From the NCBI GenBank assembly GCA_964016885.1, contig OZ024742.1, forward strand, positions 26,846,001 to 26,910,000: a stretch of 64,000 nt of DNA, in the 5' to 3' direction. Shown here one piece after another: positions 55,080 to 64,000 of this stretch. Under the pieces are notes generated by a model. That model ran no database searches. It saw only the letters and a program-made list of their open reading frames with translations, and was not told the origin of the DNA. The stretch comes from Eledone cirrhosa (Eukaryota). Position 1 is the stretch's first letter; every line of letters begins with the position of its first letter. The position numbers were made by a program, and so were the translations under genes.

Positions 55080-57766
55080 TCACCAATCTGTTGGTGAGGG
55101 AAATAATGCCTATCTCCCCGCGAGTGTTGAGGGTGACCTTCAATGGAAACCCAAGACTGACAGTCATCTCAGCCTATAGTCCAACCGAGCGGGACAGTGA
55201 TGTGAATGTCGAGGAGTTCCATGAGGAGGTGTGTAGAGCTGTCAACACCACTCAGGCACACAATATCCTGCTTGTTTTGGGGGACTTCAATGCACATGTG
55301 AGTAAGGAGGGCAGTGAAGATCCTTGCTGGTACTTCCATAACAACACCAACCGAAATGGAAGACTACTGAGAGACACCCTGCTGGAGGCGAACTTGATGG
55401 CGACCAACCTAAGGTTTAGGAAGAATCTGGGGAAGATGTGGACCTACATCTCAGATATGCACCTGTCCAAGTCCCAGATTGATTTCATTCTGGTGAGGAA
55501 AAAGTGGCGGAATAGTGTTCTGAACACGGAACCATACAGCTATTTCAGTACACTGGGTAGTGACCACCGGCTTGTTATGAGTGAGGTCCGCGTGAGCTTA
55601 AGAAAGAGCAAGGCTCAGCCCCGGAGAACAATCTATGACTGGGGAGCTTTCAAGGAAGATGATAAGCTACAGGAGAGGTTCACAGTGGAAGTGAGAAACA
55701 GGTTTAGTGCTCTGTGTGGAGAGTCAGAGGAGAGAGAGATTGGATGGGCTGAGGAGAGTGTGACGAGGATGTACGGGCACTTCACCAATGCAGTGGCGAA
55801 AGCAAGTGAAACCCTGGTGCCGAGGAAAAAGAACAAAGGGAAGCACGTCAGCTCTGCAAACCCAAAAGTGTGTGCAGCCAGAGAACACCTGAAAGCTGCC
55901 AGGGACCAATTCTATGCTGATCCTACGGAGGAGAGGATGGAGACTGTGGAGGTGATGAGGGAAGAGCTCTGTACCGCTTACACTGAGGTCAGAGAGGAGG
56001 CACTGATAGAGAAGATCAGAAGTGTGGAGAGAGCGGTTGACAGATCTGGATGTAAGGAGAGCTGGATGATCATCAACGAGATCACATGGAGGAAGAAAAG
56101 GTGTTCGAGTCAGATCCAGGGAACGGGGCCCGAGGATAGGAAGAGGAAATGGCTAGACCATTTTAGGACCCTACTAGGAGAGCCAACCTCCACAGCCCAG
56201 AGCACTGGGGAGATCAGGCGGCTGTTTGAGGAACTGGATGTTGAGACAGAGCCCTTCACCAGAGAGGAGCTTCAGAGAGCCAAGAAGAAGATCAAGGAGG
56301 GCAAGGCTCATGGAGAAGATGGAGTGGCATCAGAGGTGATGACGAGGTGTGATTTTGATGATGTCATCCTGGGGTTCTGTAACGGGGCACTGGAGAAAGG
56401 AGTTGCCCCGAATCAGTGGAGGATCAGTAACATCGTCCCAGTGCCAAAGAAGGGAGATCTCTCTAACACCAACAACTACCGGGGGATCTCACTGACGTCA
56501 CTTGTGGCAAAGACCCTCAACAGGATGATTCTTAACAGGATCCAGCCTGAGATGGAGAAGAAGCTCAGGGACAACCAGAACGGCTTCAGAGAGGGTAGAT
56601 CAACCACCAGTCACATCCTGATGCTGAGGAGGATATTAGAGGGAGCTAGAGCAAAGTGCCTTCCTGCGGTCATGGTTTTCATTGACTTTAGGAAGGCCTT
56701 TGATTCTGTGGACCGTTACTGCCTGATGAAGATCTTACAGGCTTATGGAATCCCCAAGAGGATAGTGGACCTGATATCACTGCTCTACACCAACACCAAA
56801 GCCCAAGTCATTACACCTGATGGGATGACAGAGTTCTTTGAGATACTGGCTGGAGTGCTCCAGGGAGATACATTGGCTCCCTACCTTTTTATCATCGTAG
56901 TGGACTATTGTATGCGCCTTGCACTGGAGAAACACCAGGACTCTGGCTTTACTGTAGCACCGGCTCAGAGCAGGAGAGTTGGGGCGAAAAAGGTATCGGA
57001 TGCTGAATTTGCCGACGACATAGTTTTGGTGACAAATACAGTGAAGGAGGCAGAGGATTTGATGCGGGAGGTTGAGACCGTGTCGATGAGTGTGGGGCTG
57101 AGAATGAATGAGACTAAAACAAAATATCTGGTAGAGAATGTTGAGAAGCCAGAGGGGATCACGAATGTAGGCGGGAAGCCGCTGGAATTGGTTGAGGACT
57201 TCCTGTATTTGGGAGCAAAGATTGGGAATACGGAAGATGATGTGGTTGAGAGGAAGAGCAAGGCCTGGGCGGCGTGTCACAGCTTGAGATCGGTGTGGAA
57301 GTCGGACCTTCGTAGAGACCTGAAAATCCGCCTCTTCATTGGTGTAGTGGAGTCTGTGCTGCTGTATGGGTCTGAGACTTGGACACTGACCAAGAGACTC
57401 ACTCAGATGGTGGATGGGTGCTACACGAGAATGCTGAGGATGGCTCTGAACATTAATCAGTATACACTGAGGATGAAAATCTCGGAGCTGTATGGGAGCA
57501 TCCCAAAAGTCAGCTCAAAAGTGACACAGAGGAGACTGAGATTGGCTGGACATGCTCACCGACATCCAGAGTTGACATTGCACTCAGTGCTCCTTTGGGA
57601 GCCCCTACATGGACACACTAGAAGAGGAAGACCAAGGTTAACATATGTTGATGCCCTAAGGACAGACACTGGTCTGTTGGAGATGCAGGATATGACAGCG
57701 ATAATGAGGGACAGAGACCGCTGGAGAGAACTCGTCCATGGATCTCGGGAATTTTACCCGCCTTAG
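55080..57766 (+). mobile_element. RTE-clade non-LTR retrotransposon (LINE), 5'-truncated, with an uninterrupted APE endonuclease-reverse transcriptase ORF
   Basis: The ORF track gives 914 aa (55022-57766), of which about the first 19 aa are microsatellite. APE motifs: ISAYSPT, LGDFNAH, QIDFIL, SDHRLV. RT motifs: NYRGISL, QNGFREGRST, FIDFRKAFDSV, GVLQGDTLAPYLF, FADD, FLYLG. RTE-type C-terminus: LLYGSETW, GRPRLTY, DRDRWR. The N-terminal APE motifs are missing. Ends in TAGATAGATATAT with microsatellite on both sides. Confidence 0.95.
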
Positions 57767-57818
57767 ATAGATATATATGTGTGTGTGTGTGTGTGTGTAT
57801 GTATATAGGTATATATAA

Positions 57819-57880
<62 letters not shown>

Positions 57881-58117
57881 CCAAAGATTAATATGGTTCA
57901 TTGATTACTCAATGAATACAGTTTTACGATAGATTAAAAGCACTCAACATGAAAATATCCCCGGAGTTTTAATATTATTCAAAATATTAACAAGTGAAGA
58001 TATTCACATAATCATATAATAAAGCATATATTTTGATAATGTGAATATCCCCATTTGTTAATATTTTGAATACTATATATATATATATATATATATGAGT
58101 GTGTGTGAGTGTGTGCA

Positions 58118-58152
<35 letters not shown>

Positions 58153-58699
58153 GTGTGTATTTATATGGTGTCACATTGTCACCATACTGGCGAACACATA
58201 TTTCTTTTTATGTTTTGTTTAATATTTGGCTATAACTCTTTGCTTTTCCGTCAAAATAGCCATATTTTCCTTCCAATTAAAATATAGAGTCGTTATCGTC
58301 AAAGACGAGGCATTTGACACACGAGAGTGGTTCCCTTGTGAGTGAGATGTGAAGATTATTTACTAAGTAATATATACTATAAATAGAAAGGAGGAATTAA
58401 AAAACAATTACTAGTCTCCTCTAAGAAGTCAATTTCAATCTACTTCTAAGATATTGTTTCAAAATAACAATTATTATATCTACTAAATTATTTCACTGGT
58501 CCTTTTTTGGGTGGTTTATCATGCCATCGAAATGTCAATGAACATATTAAAACTATCCTGTATATAATTAAACATGCTCATATAGAGGCATATATATGCA
58601 TAAATGTAGTGATTACTTATACATATGTGTGTGTGTTTATGTATATGTACAGTACGTGTGTGTGTATGTATATGTATATTATATGTGTGTGTATGTATG

Positions 58700-58733
<34 letters not shown>

Positions 58734-58843
58734 GTATATATATATATATATTATATAAGTATACATACGTTTGTGTGTATGTATACAGATATATATATAT
58801 ATATATAGTATATATATATATATTATATAAGTATACGTACGTT

Positions 58844-58882
<39 letters not shown>

Positions 58883-59204
58883 TATATATATATATTATAT
58901 AAGTATACATACGTTTGTGTGTATGTATATAGTATATATACACATAATATAAATACATATATAGGTAGTTGGATTTGCAATCGTTAGGTTGCGAGTTCAA
59001 TTCTCACACCGGGTGATGCATTGTCTCCTTGAGCAAGAGATTATATTTCACGTTGCTCTCTCTGCCAGAGTTTGCGACCGATAGATAGTATCAACATCCC
59101 ACTCTGCCAGCGAATGATGTCTGAAAAAATCTTGTATCTTGTTGATCAACTTCATCCTTTCCATATATATAATATATATATACAATATATATATATATAT
59201 ATAT

Positions 59205-59264
<60 letters not shown>

Positions 59265-59311
59265 TATATTGTGTATATATATATATATACAATATATATA
59301 TATATATATAT

Positions 59312-59433
<122 letters not shown>

Positions 59434-59576
59434 ATATATATATATATATATATTGTATATATATATATATATACAATATATATATATATATATATACAAT
59501 ATATATATATATATATATATATACAATATATATATATATATATATATATACAATATATATATATATATATATATAT

Positions 59577-59610
<34 letters not shown>

Positions 59611-59674
59611 ATATATATATATATATACAATATATATATATATATATATATACAATATATATATATATATATAT

Positions 59675-60385
59675 ATATTAGAAAGATCGAGTATCGAAAA
59701 ATCGGCGCACGAGTTCACGATAAACAAAATTCGAAATGAGCGGCAGAGGGCTCAATAATTCAGATGAATCAGAGCTATAACTATCGTTAAAATACCGTCA
59801 CATATAGAACAAGTCTACAATCAACCATACGATAAAAAATCGATAAAGGAAGATTCGGGACAAACAGATAAAAAATATCAATAAAACAATACATCAATAA
59901 TTTAAATGAATGTAAAATCATACCCGGACCCACTAGAAGGGTGTTAAATCTAGCTTCATGGGTTTCTGTAAATCCTTAGACTGTACTCTATCAGCTCACA
60001 TATAAATATAAAAGCCTACTAGAGTAAGCGGAACGGAGTTTACTTTCTCAACGAGCTTTTTTCCTAGCGGAAAAGGGGCTAACTACCAGTGAAAAACGCA
60101 CATGGCATTAGACAAGGGAGATAACCCCTATATCCGCGAAAACAATTCGAGGGAATGTGGAAATACACATATCGAATAAGAGTGCTCAATAGACATGTTA
60201 AAATAAAACAAAAGCTATTCATCACTCAATAGAATCGACAAAAAATGAGCAATAAAATTAACTGGTGGATAGCTATGTCCAGAGCTAAAAATATTAGAAA
60301 GATCGAGTATCGAAAAATCGGCGCACGAGTTCACGATAAACAAAATTCGAAATGAGCGGCAGAGGGCTCAATAATTCAGATGAAT
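59675..60385. mobile_element. About 710-bp non-coding element with identical about 95-bp terminal direct repeats
   Basis: ATATTAGAAAGATCGAGTATCG...AATTCAGATGAAT at 59675-59769 and 60291-60385 (period 616 bp). Both flanks are the same TACAA-punctuated (TA)n. Confidence 0.8.
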
Positions 60386-60441
60386 ATACAATATATATAT
60401 ATATATATATATATACAATATATATATATATATATATATAT

Positions 60442-60619
<178 letters not shown>

Positions 60620-60662
60620 ATATATATATATATGTATACAATATATATATATATATATACAT

Positions 60663-60713
<51 letters not shown>

Positions 60714-60805
60714 GTGGAACACTGGAAGGTAATATCCGTAGTGGTAGAGCACTCGGTCCATGGGACGAGTTAGGTAGAAGTGGTTACACAACAGTTAGTT
60801 CACCA

Positions 60806-60849
60806 TACCGAGAACAATTGTTTCACCTTAGCGGATCCTCAGCTCGTAA
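60806..60849 (-). ncRNA. Minimal type I hammerhead motif
   Basis: Reverse complement is TACGAG-CTGAGGA-T-CC-GCTAA-GG-T-GAA-ACAATTGT-T-CTCGGTA. Stem I CGAG/CTCG, palindromic stem III. A decayed inverted copy lies at about 60859-60921(+). Confidence 0.65.
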
Positions 60850-60922
60850 GATTACGTGGTGAGGATGCGCTAGGTTGAAACAACTGTTCTCGGTATGCTG
60901 AAATATCTGTTGTGTAACTACT

Positions 60923-61143
<221 letters not shown>

Positions 61144-61579
61144 AACAATGGTCAAATGAATGAATATCTTCAAATTTGAAAGCAAAGAAAGCTATGACCG
61201 CAGCAAATATTGTTCATATATTTCTAACCAGAATTATGACATTGAGAAATAATTTAATTAATTTACAGCATGCCATCATTAGATAATTTATGAAATTACT
61301 AAAATTTCCTTATTACAGTACCTTATTACAGTAGTTAATCAGACCAGTGTGTGCGAGTGGAGGGGAATATAGATAATAATAAATAATTAGTAACCAAGTT
61401 GATAGCATTTGATATATATATCTCCCTCTGTGGTTTTCTAACTTAATTTTTCTTTTATCCTGTAACGCCTGAGAGAGCAGTAGGGACACCGTCTGACAGG
61501 CAACGTCCCTAGGGCAGTTTTTAAAACCTTTCAAGACTCTTCTTCTCACCAGGTCTAAGTACTGCAGATTTCTTCAAGA

Positions 61580-64000
61580 AGAAGATAGAGAGACAGTGAA
61601 TGGAAGTGAGAAAGGGATATAGAGGAAAATAGAGAGACAGTGAATGGAAGTGAGAAAGAAATATAGAGGAAGATAGAGAGAGAGTGAATGGAAGTGAGAA
61701 AGAGATATAGAGGAAGATAGAGAGACAGTGAATGGAAGTGAGAAAGAGATATAGAGGAAGATAGAGAGAGAGTGAATGGAAGTGAGAAAGAGATATAGAG
61801 GAAGATAGAGAGACAGTGAATGGAAGTGAGAAAGAAATATAGAGGAAGATAGAGAGATAGTGAATGGAAGTGAGAAAGAGATATAGAGGAAGATAGAGAG
61901 ATAGTGAATGGAAGTGAGAAAGAGATATAAAGTAAGATAGAGAGATAGTGAATGGAAGTGAGAAACAGATATAGAGGAAGATAGAGAGATAGTGAATGGA
62001 AGTGAGAAAGAGATATAGAGGAAGATAGAGAGATAGTGAATGGAAGTGAGAAAGAGATATAGAGAAAGATAGAGAGATAGTGAATGGAAGTGAGAAAGAG
62101 ATATAGAGGAAGATAGAGAGACAGTGAATGGAAGTGAGAAAGAAATATAGAGGAAGATAGAGAGATAGTGAATGGAAGTGAGAAAGAGATATAGAGGAAG
62201 ATAGAGAGATAGTGAATGGAAGTGAGAAAGAGATATAGAGGAAGATAGAGAGAGAGGGAATGGAAGTGAGAAAGAGATATAGAGGAAGATAGAGAGATAG
62301 TGAATGGAAGTGAGAAAGAGATATAGAGGAAGATAGAGAGAGAGTGAATGGAAGTGAGAAAGAGATATAGAGGAAGATAGAGAGAGAGTGAATGGAAGTG
62401 AGAAAGGGATATAGAGGAAGATGGAGAGAGAGTGAATGGAAGTGAGAAAGAGATATAGAGGAAGATAGAGAGAGAGGGAATGGAAGTGAGAAAGAGATAT
62501 AGAGGAAGATAGAGAGAGAGTGAATGGAAGTGAGAAAGAGATATAGAGGAAGATAGAGAGACAGTGAATGGAAGTGAGAAAGAGATATAGAGGAAGATAG
62601 AGAGATAGTGAATGGAAGTGAGAAAGAGATATAGAGGAAGATAGAGAGATAGTGAATGGAAGTGAGAAAGGGATATAGAGGAAGATAGAGAGATAGTGAA
62701 TGGAAGTGAGAAAGAGATATAGAGGAAGATAGAGAGAGAGTGAATGGAAGGGAGAAAGGGATATAGAGGAAGATAGAGAGATAGTGAATGGAAGTGAGAA
62801 AGAGATATAAAGGAAGATAGAGAGAGAGTGAATGGAAGTGAGAAAGAGATATAGAGGAAGATAGAGAGATAGTGAATGGAAGTGAGAAAGAGATATAGAG
62901 GAAGATAGAGAGACAGTGAATGGAAGTGAGAAAGAGATATAAAGGAAGATAGAGAGAGAATGAATGGAAGTGAGAAAGAGATATAAAGGAAGATAGAGAG
63001 ACAGTGAATGGAAGTGAGAAAGAGATATAGAGGAAGATATAGAGAGAGTGAATGGAAGGGAGAAATAGATATAGAGGAAGATAGAGAGATAGTGAATGGA
63101 AGTGAGAAAGAGATATAAAGGAAGATAGAGAGAGAGTGAATGGAAGTGAGAAAGAGATATAGAGGAGGATAGAGAGATAGTGAATGGAAGTGAGAAAGAG
63201 ATATAGAGGAAGATAGAGAGAGAGTGAATGGAAGTGAGAAATAGATATAGAGGAAGATAGAGAGATAGTGAATGGAAGTGAGAAAGAGATATAAAGGAAG
63301 ATAGAGAGAGAGTGAATGGAAGTGAGAAAGAGATATAGAGGAGGATAGAGAGATAGTGAATGGAAGTGAGAAAGAGATATAGAGGAAGATAGAGAGAGAG
63401 TGAATGGAAGGGAGAAAGGGATATAGAGGAAGATAGAGAGATAGTGAATGGAAGTGAGAAAGAGATATAGAGGAAGATAGAGAGACAGTGAATGGAAGTG
63501 AGAAAGAGATATAGAGGAAGATAGAGAGATAGTGAATGGAAGGGAGAAAGGGATATAGAGGAAGATAGAGAGAGAGTGAATGGAAGTGAGAAAGAGATAT
63601 AGAGGAAGATAGAGAGAGAGTGAATGGAAGGGAGAAAGGGATATAGAGGAAGATAGAGAGATAGTGAATGGAAGTGAGAAAGAGATATAAAGGAAGATAG
63701 AGAGAGAGAGTGAATGGAAGTGAGAAAGAGATATAGAGGAGGATAGAGAGATAGTGAATGGAAGTGAGAAAGAGATATAGAGGAAGATAGAGAGACAGTG
63801 AATGGAAGTGAGAAAGATATATAAAGGAAGATAGAGAGAGAGTGAATGGATGTGAGAAAGAGATATAGAGGAAGATAGAGAGAGAGTGAATGGAAGGGAG
63901 AAAGGGATATAGAGGAAGATAGAGAGATAGTGAATGGAAGTGAGAAAGAGATATAAAGGAAGATAGAGAGAGAGTGAATGGAAGTGAGAAAGAGATATAG
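61580..64000. repeat. Purine-rich 44-bp tandem repeat running off the window end
   Basis: Unit GAGGAAGATAGAGAGATAGTGAATGGAAGTGAGAAAGAGATATA; GAGGA recurs at 61622 and 61666. Confidence 0.98.

Noticed and set aside
55633-57280. Minus-strand ORFs within the LINE
   Set aside because: Antisense shadows of the RTE ORF.
61580-64000. CRISPR-like or coding repeat
   Set aside because: A head-to-tail tandem repeat without spacers or ORF, traceable to a dispersed repeat.

Overview
This is eukaryotic, AT-rich, repeat-saturated intergenic or intronic DNA. The SINE families and extreme (TA)n/(CA)n density suggest a cephalopod such as Octopus (inference). No host protein-coding gene can be firmly called, and nearly all ORFs in the track are microsatellite artefacts. 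The only long real ORF is a 5'-truncated but uninterrupted RTE-clade LINE (APE+RT, about 55080-57766). There are also decayed pieces of Penelope-like (PLE), R4/Dong-like, CRE-like, CR1-like and RTE elements, many tRNA-derived SINEs, several MITEs, a 4.6-kb 16-bp minisatellite, and a 44-bp purine satellite that arose from a dispersed repeat. The most notable signal is that many of the 100-400 bp 'islands' inside (TA)n tracts are small, often fold-back elements from at least eight unrelated families carrying type I hammerhead ribozyme (HHR) motifs. Five families share a non-canonical U10.1-U11.1 stem II closure and one has a compensatory U3-A8 core. All structures were folded by eye; activity, copy number and novelty are untested.
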